From: Paraglomus brasilianum
Lineage: Eukaryota
Assembly (NCBI GenBank): GCA_910592345.1
Contig: CAJVPI010000086.1
Location: 1-58,219 of the forward strand
Direction: 5' to 3'
DNA length: 58,219 nucleotides
The translations under genes were made by a program, and so were the position numbers. Shown piece after piece: positions 1 through 13,296 of this stretch (positions within the stretch are counted from its first letter, which is position 1; each line of letters starts with the position of its first letter). Under the pieces are notes generated by a model. That model saw only the letters and a program-made list of their open reading frames with translations, had not been told where the DNA came from and searched no databases.

Positions 1-2367
1 CACTGGAATCCGACTTGGAGACACCCAAAGGTTTCAGCTTTGGTTGCCAGTTCGGTATTGACTTTTGAAGACCGAATGTGCTTGCTTCAAGCGCTGCTGC
101 TGCACATTCCTTCAGCTAATTGAGAAAAAAAAAGTTATTATATGAATCGAACTATAAATCACAGCACTAAATATCGAATCAAGTACCTCTTTCAAAAAGT
201 TGCCGTCATCGTTGTCGGACGTTTTTGGGAAAAGTTTGACGATTACACGGCAGGTGACCCAATTGTGAATGATATATTCGCTATCCGCATCATCAGTAGT
301 AAATTGATATTGACCGTCGACAAAATCTGCAGCGAAAATACTGCCAAAGGATCCTTTTGAGATTTCGACCATGTTTCGAAGCCGATTCCAGGGAATCCAT
401 TGAAGACAATGGTATCCATGCCAGTTTATATGACACGCATTCTCTTGTGACTCGCGTATTACTTTATCATATTCTGCATTTCCACTTGTCCATCCCTCGG
501 TCACTTGCTTCCAGTCACAGTCTTTGCACCAAGCATTGTCGTCTAGATAGAAGACACCACAAGAATGACAAGCGCGACGACTCACAAGGGCCAATTCTCC
601 TGTCGAATCAAGTCTTGATAAGCCAAAAACTCTCGATTTCGTAGGCTTCCGTGATTCCTTATTTAAAAAATCCTCATCCTCTTTCATCCACTTTTGTTTT
701 GAAGCGTCAACTCTATTATAGGAAAACACTCGTTGAAGTATGAGAAAGATTTCTGCACCATCATTCAGCTGCGATTCAGGAATAATGTAAGTACAAGCAA
801 AAATGAGATTTTTTTAAAAAAAAAGAAAAAAAAAAGGGGCAGTTATATACATACTTCTCGCAACATGGTCTCGTTGGTATGGTCTTGATTGGTTGTAGCA
901 GGGACTTTAACTGATACTTTCATAGATTTTCTGCGACTAACAACTTTTTGTTCGTCATCAAATGCAGTCTTGACTCGAACCCATTCAGCCGTATAAAGCT
1001 TGCCAAAATTGCCGGTGCTGATCTCTACAAGGTTTTCAAGACGCGCAGATGGTATCCATTGAAGACTAGGGTAGTAATATGCAGATTCGTCCTTTGTATA
1101 GGTATCCTTGATAATCTTATCGTAATCGGCATTGCCGCTGGTCCAGCTGTGGGGCAGTTCATTGCGTTCACATTCGTCACACCACTCTGCCGCTTCCGGG
1201 AGTGCCTGGCCACATATAGCACAAAAATTGCTTGCTACCAATGCCAATGCTCCAGTAGACTCGATTCGTGTCATACCGAGTATAGGCAACCGCAATGGAT
1301 TCTCAAATTCCGTACCAGCCTTCAGCTATAACAGTCAAGATATAGATCGTGTTTAATAACTAATTAGACAATTTTATTAGTACCGTCGAATCAAGAGTGA
1401 CATTTACCTGGTGCAGAAAAGACGAAGTATCAACCCGGAGTAAGACTCTAGTAGTTTTCCAATGCAGCACAGTATTACGATCTTCGCCCTCGAAATCCCA
1501 TCCGCTATACTCTCCCTTTGTCCAATCTGCTGTGTAGATGGTCCCAAACTTAACCTTAGCCAACTCGCTAAGATTTTGTAGTTGATGAGAGGGAATCCAT
1601 TTGAGACAAGAGTACGAGAATGAACTTGCATCTGCTTGTGTTCCTCGGATGATTGCATCATACTCGTCATTTCCTGTAGTCCATCCTTCCATCAATTGTT
1701 TAATGTTACACTTGTCGCACCATGGACCGTCGTCGCCAGGAAACAGCCCACCACAAGTATTGCAGAATTTTTCGGCTACCAGCACGAAATTTCCAGCAGA
1801 TTCTTGGCGAGATACGCCCAAAAGTCGTAAGCGCTTTCCTGTGGCATTCCTCCTGAACACAGAAGTTAAGCTTGCATTAGCTGTTCGTAACTATAGCAGA
1901 TGCGAAACGGGAAATTGGGACGTTAAACGCGTGGAGAAAGCACTGATCATCAAGTACTATAAATTGAGATCCCTTACTTCATGCGAAAATTCTTCCTCTG
2001 CACTTTTTCCTGAATTCATAACTTTAACTTCAACTCTTAGAGGCTTCCAACAAATCACTCGTTTTCCATCTGGCTCGAAACGCACGCAATCAAATTGGCC
2101 GTCCAACCAGTCGGCTTTGTAAACCACACAGAATTCACCCTTTGTAACCTCAACCAAATTTTGTAAGCGATCCCATTGAATCCATCGAAAGTAATGCTCG
2201 TTGTAATCACGCCCATACTGTTTGCGTTTTAATATCTTGTCATATTCCGCATTCCCGGTCGTCCACCCCTCCACGAATTGTTTATAATCACAACCAGCAG
2301 TGCACCAGATTGTTTCTCGATATAAAGTTTCGCCACAAACGTAACAGTTAAATGGTACGCTACTCAT
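1..2367 (-). CDS. Multi-exon gene of tandem Zn-knuckle/WTSGN/protein-kinase N-lobe modules (3' end runs off the window)
   Basis: Exons 2367-1978, 1890-1408, 1325-855, 768-187 and 115-<1 join in frame through GT-AG phase-0 introns. Each module has CxxC..WCxx(x)C, WT(S/T)GN, WI(P/Q), a Gly-loop (e.g. SKGSFGSIF), a beta3 K/R and alphaC E/Q. Confidence 0.8.
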
Positions 2368-3640
2368 TTTGAAGCGAAATTATCAACGTGGGTGGTCGAC
2401 TCATTGTAGTTGTTTATAAAGAACGTAGTATTCATAATTTTGCGCAGCTTTACAGTTCTCGTTTAGTTTGCTGAAAACCTGGTTTGGGAATCAATTAATT
2501 AAACTTTGTCACACAAACATTTTAATTAATCTTCTTCAGACGAGTAATCTGTGCCAGTTTTGTTTAGCTATTTGTAATATAAATTTTGGTGACTGTTTAT
2601 GGACATGAATTGTTTAGTCAAGGCATCAAGACAATGCGTTCAAAGAACGAAAAGCCTTATTTATTGCCTCCCCTCACTTTGTTATACATAAAAGACCAAC
2701 GCCACACGTTATATATTCCTTTGGCTGCTATCGATGCATCGTCATCACGTTTATTATGCCATCTTTATTGTGTACTAATGGTAATACAACATTATAACGA
2801 CCCAAAGTTATATCTATTCAGACTTATGTCGTGGGCTTCACGATATCATAGAAAAGATTATGATCAACTTATTTACCATGACAATTATCCGCGTCTTGGT
2901 TCCTACTATCGTGTTAGTGGATCGATACTTGTTAGCCGTTATTAACGACTTGGTCGTTATTAACGTTGCCCGAATCACGCCACGCGGAGGCCAAGTATCG
3001 TGCGATTCACTCCTCTATACGATTCCCACCGTCCTATTGCCTAAAGAAAGTTACTGTATAACAATCAATACGATCATCGGGTAATTTATAGATAGAGCAG
3101 CTCCATCTCTATTGGGTTGGAGACAGAAAAGTGCATGCCAAAAAAATTATTAAGTTGGAAAAGAATTATGGTGGAAGAATGGGATGCCATCCAAGCAGTG
3201 CTCTATTATTTAATAAATTGAGGATGTGAAGAAATTATTGTAAAAAAAAGTATTTTATTAAATTTAAGCTTTATTATTATTTGACACAGGAACATTAGTT
3301 TCAAGTTTCCTTTCTTTCTCTCCTCTCCATATTGTTGTTTGAAAAAAAGTTACGCCGGAAGATTACTCACAATTACTGTGCCACGCGCATGTCTTTCCTT
3401 GCGCGTGATACATCTACAATTTTTTGAGAAACGTGCACGAAAATGCACAGTAAGTAAAATCACTTTCTGTTGATTTTATTGACTTGCATATTTATGACTC
3501 GCCAAGTATACGCAAGTATAATATCAAGGTGTTGTACATTATCAAATATCACGTATGCCTATGTAACTTGCAAACACTCAACTTTTTTACAGAATTAATA
3601 AACACATTACTTCACATTACGTCTATTACACAAATAACTG

Positions 3641-4447
3641 TTATTCAGCGTCCTTCTCGGCCTGTTCCTCTTGTAGTAAGACATACTCTCTAGTGCTATA
3701 ACCAAATTTAACTACATCTGAATGGAATAACTCTACATATCGGGAAGGGGGGATTCTGTTACTATTGACATAAGTCCCATTTGTTGTATCGAGGTCAATA
3801 ATGTATGGCCTGTCAACAATTGCAAGAGAATAAATTAGACCAATTCCGTCCTGTCGGATCATGTGCAAATAAAACAAAGCAACTCACTTGACTTGTGTAT
3901 GCGTCTCTCCATAATCGTCAGTATGTGATATCTGTCGATATTGTAGAGCTGCATGTTGTTTGGAGCATGAAGGATGATCTATTGGTATATCCGCTACCTG
4001 TAAGTCAGTTTACGATTAGAATGATTATACGCAAAAAGTTCAAAGCCCGGAAAAAACTCACCTTTCTATCACGTCCTAGCAAATAGGCACTCTGCCGATG
4101 AACGTGAAGCAGGTCTACAAACGCAATTCAATCAATAACTTCCTTAGTAAGACACATAGACATCCAGCCGAATCATGCTAACCATTCAACGCTTACCAAT
4201 TTGCTCTTCACCTTTGAATACATACAACCTCCATCGCCCAGTAGGCTTCCTTGCCTCGGCTGGCTCTGAATACTTCACCACAACTCCATTAAAAGTGTTA
4301 GTATCGGCCGTAAGCTTACCAGACAAGTTAAAGTTTGGTTCTACTTTGACCGGATTCTCATCCTTTGTCTGTTCACCGTCCCTCTCCTGTCGTGCATCTA
4401 CTTCAGACCGTCTTCGATCCCGAGACCGAGACCGATCCCGATCCCGA

Positions 4448-4500
<53 letters not shown>

Positions 4501-4557
4501 ATCTCGACGGGACGAAGACCTCGCTCTGTGACTTCTACTATTAGATATTATGTCCAT
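3641..4557 (-). CDS. SNIP1: FHA-domain RES-complex splicing factor, SNIP1/Pml1-like
   Basis: Exons 4557-4197, 4114-4062, 3997-3888 and 3809-3641. Motifs EPNFNLSGKL, KYSEPAEARKP, WRLYVFKG, YLLGRDRKVADIPIDHPSCSKQHA, PYIIDLDTTNGT, FGYSTREYVLL; RD/RS-rich N-terminus. Confidence 0.93.
4433..4506. repeat. Coding hexanucleotide repeat (TCTCGG)n encoding an RD dipeptide tract
   Basis: Direct reading of the sequence; translates to RDRDRD... in SNIP1 exon 1. Confidence 0.95.
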
Positions 4558-5067
4558 AACGATAGATAGTAAAATAAAGTTCCTTTTTGAAATCAACTGT
4601 GGCAGCCTTTGAAACCTCAATACTGTGTGACACAAAGTCAATAGTTGGCACTGATCGCCGAGACGCAGACAACCAGTGAAATGGAATGATGTAGTATCCC
4701 GATTTAATTCTGAATAGTAACAAAGCCCACTTTTATTGAAATAATGCACTATTCACCCTTGTTAATCACATTAGTGTAAAGGATCCGCATAGGTTAGACA
4801 GTATGTATGTGACTGCGCGTAACGTGGCCTACAATAGAGGGTCTTTTAATTAGCATTCGGTTCACACTTTTACTTTTACAAGGTACAATAAACAGAGTTC
4901 AAAATTCATAAATATTGTTAATATATTTCGTATGAAGATGATGACATAACCAAATTATAATTAATAAATTTTAGCCTCAACCAGAATGGCAATCCAAGAT
5001 CCACAAATTATGCTTAAATTTCGTACATATGTTGCCAAATACAGTTACTAACTATGTACAAAACTTC

Positions 5068-5879
5068 AATAATATATCTTTTTTCCCTCCCGCTCAATTA
5101 CCTCCGAAACACGATTTTCATACTATTCGCTAACCTAGGAAGAGATTATCATCCAGACCCTCCCACTCCTGACGAATTATTGTTTGAAAGTCAATTGTTG
5201 AAAGCTTCTCTTTTTTTTATTATTAACCGCAAATTTACTTCTTTCTCCACTTTTCCCCTTAAGTATTGCCCACAAATTCTCAATTGGGTTTGTATCCGGC
5301 GAGTAAGCGAGCCAATCAAGAATGTGAATACTATGGCGCTCAAACAGGTCAGTTATTGCCCTTGCCTTGTGGATAGAGGAGTCATCCTGTTGAAAACGAA
5401 ACTGACGATTTGCTCTGGAAATGTAAGGAAAAAGGTGAGTTTCAAGAATTTGTTGATATCTTTTAGCATTGAGTTTTCAGTGAACAAAACAAGTGCGGTA
5501 GCAGTATTGTTGTTCTGCACTATTAGACCAAGGTGACGACGGCGTTGTGAATTGGAGGTCTTCCAGGTATGGGAAGTGGCTAACAATAGACCTTTCTTTA
5601 AGTCGATACTGTGGATTTCGGAAAACCTGTTAAACGTATGATTTCAGCAGGTTTCTGAATGTTATTTGCCCAAAGCTGGCTTATAACTGTTCTTTGTGCT
5701 TCAAACTTTGAACCGGTTGACGTTTTTTCACTAACAGACGCGAAAACAGACAACTGCACAAGTTAGCGGTAACGTGATGCATAATACTTTAATACCAATT
5801 TTGTATTGGTTCAAAATTGGTTATGCTACGTGACTTTTTCACCGGATCAAAATTCCGGATATTTATGATGACCACTGTA
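5068..5879 (-). mobile_element. Degenerate Tc1/mariner element: DDE transposase relic plus one TIR ending in TA
   Basis: Minus-strand frame at about 5250-5400 reads RFQQDDSSIHK...ILDWLAYSPDTNPIENLWAILK (Tc1 FQQDN..H and W..SPDLNPIENLW motifs). A C-terminal IRQEW..LANSM..VIEREG relic lies near 5080-5180. Frameshifted. End ...ATTTATGATGACCACTG|TA at 5877-5879. Confidence 0.85.
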
Positions 5880-6277
5880 CATAATAATACTGAATAGTTG
5901 GTCTCCGAAGTTGTAATTGTGGCAGATTGAAATTTGCACTTACAAAGTACAACAGTGTTATAAAGTTGTCCTATCAGAAGGTGAGGTGCCTAATTTGGAA
6001 ATGTCTATTTTCAATGATTACCGTTTACAGCATTTCCAAATTAGGCCTCCCTCCCCTGCCAAAAGTCACGAGACTGTTCTAAAATTTACTAGTAAAACAA
6101 GAACCCCTTTTGCAAACACTATATCATTATATATATGCTTCATTATTGTTGTCATAAAAAATGAGTTCGGGTATCTAGTTAGTCGTCTTCTTTTATTTCA
6201 GAGTGGACATCAAAAGACTTGCATATTATGGAATATAAATATCTGACAAAATGATTTGACGCAAATTACATTATTGG

Positions 6278-6307
6278 TACAGTGGTCGTCATAAATATCC
6301 GGAATTT
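6278..6307 (+). mobile_element. Second copy of the Tc1 TIR (TA|CAGTGGTCGTCATAAATATCCGGAATTT), inverted relative to 5850-5879
   Basis: Reverse complement of 5850-5879 with one mismatch; preceded by TA. Confidence 0.8.
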
Positions 6308-6489
6308 AATCTCACAAACAAAAATTTTTATTTTCATTATTTTTGGATCCATAATCGTTTCGTAAGATAAACTGAAATTAAATTAGACCAATACATTTTA
6401 TTATATTCTGTACAGCGAGTCCAGTCGCATAACATCAATTACAAATTAATAAATACACAAGTTTTACTTTTCACATTTTTCAATCTCTT

Positions 6490-7920
6490 TTAGTTTGCAA
6501 TCTCCGCACTCTCATCGCATCCCCACACTCTGACCGTTTTATCGAAACCACAAGTAATCAATAACTCTCTCTCTGAATCAAACCATAAATCTCTAACCGG
6601 CGCCTCATGTCCCTCTAATTTCCGCAATATTTCTTCTTCCACCACATCAACCACACACACACTCTGTCCATCTCCGTCGTTTACAAAGAAATACTTTCCA
6701 CTCGGATGCCAACAGTGTCTGGGAGTAAATAATTCGTCCACTGTAACTCCGTAGAAATTGCGCAGTTGTTCTGACGAACGAACGCGGAAGAGTATTACAC
6801 GGGATTTATCTGTAGATACGAGTATGTACGCACCGTTGTTATGTGGTGATGGTGATATGTCCATGGCAGTAAACGACACATGGTCATCTCCATTCGCATT
6901 CATGTTGTATTTCTCTACGTTGAACGTAAGAAGGTCAATGTAGTGCAGATAATTGTTCTCCCGTATACTGGCGATGAGTGTATGTCCGTCTGGAAGAAAA
7001 GCAACAGCCTCCAATGCTGATGGGAATTTCATTGTATGTATCTTTACGTATTTTATCCCTGTCGGCGAGACAAAGGTAGGTGATCGAGGAGTCTGGGGTG
7101 TGGCGGGAGTGACGGGAGAAGTGGGCGTGACAGGAGGCACCATTTTGAAAAAGTTCAACGTATGGTCATAACTAGCAGTTATGAACAAACCTCCGTCGTT
7201 TGAAAACTTGGCCCTAACAATGGGTTTACTATGCAAATCTTTAAAGATCTGCACCTTGTCGTTCTTGACCACATCTATCAATGCCGCAGTTCCATCCAAA
7301 GAGGCTGTCAACATCAAACTTGGATATTGCGGATGGAAATCAACGCACAGAACGCCGCCGCTGTGATGGCTAAAGATACCAATTGTGTCACCGGTGAGCA
7401 GAGACGTTATCTTTACTGTTTTGTCAGCCGAGCCAGTGACCAATGTCGGAACTTGCGACGAGATGTAATCGTTGTCGATAAAGTTGCTAATGGGAAGGAG
7501 ATGCGTGCGGACGGTTAAAATGTTGCTGGTGTGAATTTCGGGTAATGTTTCGTAGAGGCGTTGAGGGAAGTGGTTTTCGCCGCGTGTTGAGAGGTCGTCT
7601 TCGATTTGTCTTTTTGTGAGCAATAACAATATGGAAATTACGATTATTATACGTTGATTACTATTTAGCACAGAATCTTACAACTGTTCGTCCAAATCTT
7701 ACCTCCTCAAGCTGAGCCTATTCAATTTGGACCCCAACTGACTGACGGCATATTCGTCAACCAACTTGGTCAGGCTTTCGCGTGGTTTTCCTGCTGATTT
7801 ATCTTCTGCGATGATGTTTCCTGCCTCTTCTTTAAAGGCAGCGAGAGTTTTGCTATATCCCTTCTGCTCGAGAAATTGCAATACGAGAGCATGGGCAAGA
7901 CTTTCTGATTTTGGTGACAT
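6490..7920 (-). CDS. LisH + WD40-repeat protein
   Basis: Exon 7920-7703 carries LisH (LVLQFLEQKGYSKTLAAFKEE) and splices (AG|GTAAG..AAG|A) to exon 7609-6490 with WD40 motifs (TGSADKTVK, TASLDGT, TASYDHT, GHEAPVRDL..TCGFDKTVRVW). Confidence 0.88.
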
Positions 7921-8188
7921 GTTTGATTAGTTTATTGATTATTATTATTAAAATTAATTGATATTAGGTTGATCGATTTAAACGGTCGTTATTAGTGTAA
8001 GCGAAGCCTGCGCTTTGAGAGATAGAAAGATATGAAAAGTAACGTCTGTGTTGTTGCGTTCTTGGTTGCAGCCTTCTCCACAAACCCCACTTTAATAATT
8101 CTTGACGTTACACGATTGTATCATATGAGGACAATATTACAGATCTTCCAAATCATTTGGGAAAGGTTAATATTGTTTTCTCGCAACA

Positions 8189-9489
8189 ATGTTATTCTTT
8201 GACGTTGCCAAAAGAGTCAGTACTAAACCGAAACCACTATTCCTGCATGCCACAAGAAATAATATGCGCTACATGTCAAAATGCATAGCCACTAAGCAAT
8301 CACCAAAGAATAATATGCAATTTTCATTAAGACAATACATTCGCACCGAACATGAGTACACAATAAACAATAGAAACAATAGAACGGACAATAAACTAAA
8401 CTGTAGAGTAACTCATGCTGGCCAAAATCTGTTACATTACCCCACAAACAGAACCTTATCGGTGTTCAATGTTCCCTTTTTACGTCTTCGTTCTCGATGC
8501 GCCCTCTTTACGGGCACATCCACAACAATCGCCTTTCGTCGTACATACATCCGACCTCACTACTACAGACCTCAAGCCCAGTCCCCCGTCCAAAAATTCC
8601 GAGCATCTTTACACCGTCTCGACAGTCGCTTTTCTCGCCTCTCTCCCAATCGGGTCATATATACCTTCATCGCATTGAACGTGCTGATATTTACATTATG
8701 GCGATACGCTATATACAAAGCTCGCTCTCAGGGTGATCCGCGCCTGTATTTATTTATGGTGAAGAATTTCATGCAAAGTAGAGCGAATTTCGAAGACGGG
8801 AGTTGGATATGGACTGCATTGACGAGTGCGTTTAGCCATTCGGATTTGGGTCATTTAGGTGTTAACATGCTGGTATTATGGAGTTTGGGAACACCGGTGA
8901 GTTGAGAAGGAGGGAAAGAGGGGCAATCGCAGACGGGATCCATAGCTTGGTATGCTCACAACTTGAGCAAATGAGCGTGCAAACGATTCCAATTACAATT
9001 ATTAATGGAAGGGCTCGCGTGTTCCGTTGCTCTTACTAATTAACCTCCAATCTATCGATCCATACTGCACCAAAGACATTACAAGTCTTAGGACTGCGGC
9101 GATTCCTAACAGTCTACTTCCTATCCGCCATAACTTCCTCACTTGGCTCATTAATACTAACACTCTCACCTGGGTCTCGTCCTTCCAATAAACTATCTCT
9201 TCCCTCTGCTCACCCAGTTTCTCGCGCACCCTTGAGAACTTCTCATGGTGCATCAGGTAGCTTAATGGGTATATCCACAGTGTTCGCCCTGATGTTTCCG
9301 TGGGAGACGTTAATTGTTTTGTTTGTCCCTGCACCGGCGATAGTTGTTGTTGCGGGATATGTTGCTTATGATGCATACAGTGCGTGGAAGCAATCTGGTG
9401 GGAGGATTGATTCTGGGGCGCATTTGGGCGGGGCAGTGTTTGGGGCCGGGTATTATCTTTTGAGATTAAGACCCTTTTTTAGAATGTAG
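8189..9489 (+). CDS. PCP1: Rhomboid protease, mitochondrial Pcp1/PARL-like
   Basis: Exons 8189-8896 and 9076-9489. Basic presequence-like N-terminus, LTSAFSHSDLGHLGVNM, catalytic GASG and AHLGGA. The start codon is uncertain. Confidence 0.85.
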
Positions 9490-10234
9490 ATGCGAAATTA
9501 TTTTTGCCATGATAAACTTGCAATAAATGTCAAATGACGTGATATCTGCTTACTTATGCTAGCAACATTTTATTTGAAGGATTTATTACCAGTTCACGTT
9601 TTCTCACTGAAAGTTAGTCTGAATGAAGGACATTTGCTTACGGGATGTGTGCGCGTGTAATAATAATGGTAGATATTTGAAATGACATGGTGCATTTAGC
9701 TAAAGGACTTATAGGTGAGCCACTGGCAAATCGAAAAAACTCCCACCTAAACAGTGTCACTATCTCGGTCAGCGTGAAGAAATTCTCTACAAGTTTGAGC
9801 CTGCAACTATTTTAAATTCCATTAATTTATTAAATTTTAGTAAATAGCATCCAACGTCGCGAAAATCTTATAAAAGTTTATTTTTAATGAAACTGATGTG
9901 CTGGATATTCAATGTTTGCAAACCATGTCGTCATGCATATAAATTGTTCTTTAATAGTCACATGCTAACTAAAAGTAAATACTAGTATATTCAAAGTTAC
10001 TTTTGACGATCGCAAGACATAATGTCATTATTTATTAATGCGAGAACCACAACTTATACACGTGCAGTCACAAATTGATTTGCAGATGGCTGTTCAATTA
10101 ATATACACAAGTCAACATACTGTACGCCTGTATGTCTCTTCGGACTAATCTTTATTCGTCAAGTGCAATTGTAACACAAACTAAAGATAGCAAATGCATA
10201 CTTTCGACGTTTTCTCTTTCAAGTTTAATCAGTT

Positions 10235-10846
10235 TTAAGCTTGGTTTTCGTCATGTTCTTCGCCTGCGAGTAAAAAAATATATACATTTTTAAGTGTTAT
10301 CATTATCATTTTCTATTTCTCCCTTCGCTCCCTCCCTACTCCTCCATACACACCTTTCTTACTCTTCTTGGGCAAAAGCTCGGAATGAATATTAGGCAGT
10401 ACTCCTCCCTGAGCTATAGTCACGCGTCCAAGCAACTTGTTCAATTCTTCGTCGTTTCTGATAGCCAGTTGCAAATGTCGTGGATTGATCCTCATTTTTT
10501 TATTATCCCTTGCTGCATTGCCCGCGAGTTCAAGTATTTCGGCAGTGAGGTATTCGAGCACAGCAGCTAGATAAACAGGCGCACCTGAACCTACACGATC
10601 GGCATAGTGTCCACGGCGAAGGAGACGATGAAGGCGACCTACTGGGAATTGAAGACCGGCCTGAACGATAAAGAAAAATAAAAGATATCAATACCATAGA
10701 CGAGAGGCAAATATAACGCGACGAAAATAGTTTATATTATTTGCTTGTACTAGTACCCTTGCTGATCGTGATACGATATTGGCTCTGGACCCTTTTCCTT
10801 TTCCTTTCCCAGTTCCACTTGCTGAACTTGTACTAGCGCTAGACAT
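10235..10846 (-). CDS. H2A: Histone H2A (intron-containing, atypical C-terminal tail)
   Basis: Exons 10846-10757, 10660-10354 and probably 10263-10235: [70 protein letters not shown]. If the last intron is unspliced, the frame ends at 10313. Confidence 0.95.
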
Positions 10847-11278
10847 GGTCTCAATAGAAGTGATAAATATGTGTCAAGTGCTCTGTTGGTTGGTTGTAAC
10901 GAGTATGTCTTTTTGAAACGAGAGAATGGTATCTTGGGAGGAGGCAATGATGAGTGTAGCTACTACCATTTTATACGTAGTGATAGTGAATGATGGTGCA
11001 AGTGATAAGGATCAAGTCGGTTAATGAATATTAAACAGACGGTGATAAGATTGGAGCATGAAATACATGGCTTGTTAATTTACTATATTACACAATTATT
11101 CACGTCCCCAAACTGACGTAATGATTTTATACGTAATTTCTCATTATCCAATTGAATGTCTTGATTCCCAAAAAAAGCGTCAATTCGACTTCTCTGTCGC
11201 GACGCTTTCCTGTTCACCATTTCGTAGCGCCTCTCCGCCTTCGTTTCCCTCTATCTATTCCTAAAGGAATTCAGAACA

Positions 11279-13296
11279 ATGACAACCTCCGACCGAGATC
11301 AACTGATTGACATGGGATTCTCCCCTGAAAGAATGTATGGCGAAGAGAGAATATTTATGAAAGAAACTCTTAAAGGATATGGTTATATTATAATATGTGT
11401 CAACTAACCCTAAATATTATGTTATATGAACTAATGTCAGTGACCACGCCTTGAAAGTAACAAAGAATGCAGGTCTACAGCCTGCCATGGACTGGTACGA
11501 ATTCTTAATATTACCTGCAGCTCCTTATTATCATTATCTTGTTCGATACTTTGCCTCTTCGTTTTCCTAATAATTTAATAATCGCTCTTCTCCCGGTTCT
11601 TTATTCTATCCTCTTTTATTCCTTTCATTCCCCGCACGTTCTCTTTAATAAATAATCCGTGTAACATTGTTTTTTTTATTCACAACCATCTTGTCTCATA
11701 ATTATCATAGTCTCTCGTTAACTTCCATCTCTCGTCTGCATTTAGGCTAATTTCACATGCAGACGATGACTTGGACGAAACATTGGGCGGATCATCAAGC
11801 GGAACTGCCATTGCATCCGGGTCCGGGACTAATAACGCTGAACAAGAGGAAGGTAAGACTAGAAAATATCGGCGGTATGGAAAGCAGGATGAAATACATA
11901 TAAATTAAGACTGTCGAGTGTTGAGCGTCGAGAGGTTTAACTCGAAAAGATCTATATCTTCTTTCATGGATTTTGACACTGATCAGAGTGCTTTGGTATA
12001 TTTATATTGTTTAGGAGAGATCAAGGCAGGAGAAGAGACTGCCCAATCTTTGAAATGTGACGATTGTCAGAGATTATTTCGTGATGGTGAGCTAATAAAG
12101 AAGTTAATAAGAATATAGACGGTATACTAAATACATTGATGCTTCTATGTAATGTTCTCTAGCATATTTACCAATCTAGTTTCTGTTTAAATTCTTTTTC
12201 CCCTCACCTCTTGTTTTCACATCCTTATACTCTTTATAAACCTGCCCATATGTCTCTAGCCGTATCGGCAGAACGTCATGCAATGAAATCCGGTCACGTC
12301 AACTTTTCAGAATCAACAACAGCGATCAAGCCATTGACTGAAGAGGAAAAGCTTGAGAAAATAGCTGAACTTAAGGAGAGGCTAGCTGAGAAGCGAAAGC
12401 TTAAATTGGCTCAAGAGAAGGAGGAGGAGAAGCTGAAAGAAAAGATAAGGAGAAAGTCAGGAAAGGACATGACTGAGGCGAGAGAGAGACTGCAGGAGAA
12501 AGAAATGCAAAAGGCTTTGATGTTGAAGAAGAAGGAGAAAGAGGAGGAAAAGGCAGCGAAAGCGAAGATCAAGGCACAGATTGAGCAGGATAAACGAGAT
12601 AGGGCCGCAAAGGTATAATTTGAGTTTATTGTTGAATTAGGAAAAACGTTGGAATGCATTAGACATGGGAAAATATGTTGATGATTTGTGCATGTTTTGA
12701 CAGCGCGAGGCTTCTCGAAAGGCTATTGAAAAAGTAGCGGCTGAAGAGGCAGAAGCGGCGGCAGAAGCTGCAAAGGCGCCAAAGCCATCTAAAGAGTATA
12801 CTGAAGCAAGACTCCAGGTGAGTTTAATGTCTTATAGTAGAAAAAAACATCGATAATTCTTAGTAACGTAACTTTGTAGTATCAATTATGCTTTTAAATG
12901 TTGCGCGCTAACTGAATTTATATCTAATAGTTTCGACAGACATCGGGTCCCTCAATTACACATACGTTCCAAGCAACTGATACGCTGCAGACTGTTTACG
13001 ATTTTGTTGCAGAACAGATTTTTGAACCATTCCAGCTGATAACCACGTATCCAAGGTATTCTATCCATAGATACACGCACCTTTGTTGTAACAATCACCA
13101 CATAAATTCAGCTAATACGCTTGTGACAACAGGAAAGTTTTGGACGGTGATGACAGAGAGAAGACGCTCAAAGAACTCGGTACGCACGTTACTAGTATTA
13201 GATATTTATTTGATTATCGTAACTTGTGTTTTGTTTGACTTGTTGTATTCCCATATAGATCTATGTCCATCGAACGTATTGATGGTATCAAAATGA
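11279..13296 (+). CDS. UBA - C2H2 Zn finger - coiled coil - UBX protein (UBXN1/SAKS1-like Cdc48/p97 adaptor)
   Basis: Nine exons joined by GT-AG: QLIDMGFSPER..LQPAMDWL (UBA), CDDCQRLF..AERHAMKSGH (ZnF), Lys/Glu coiled coil, ARLQFRQ..TFQATDTL..TTYPRK..TLKELDLCPS (UBX). TGA at 13294-13296. Confidence 0.88.

Noticed and set aside
4175..4531. Plus-strand SR-repeat protein
   Set aside because: Antisense reading of the RD repeat in SNIP1.
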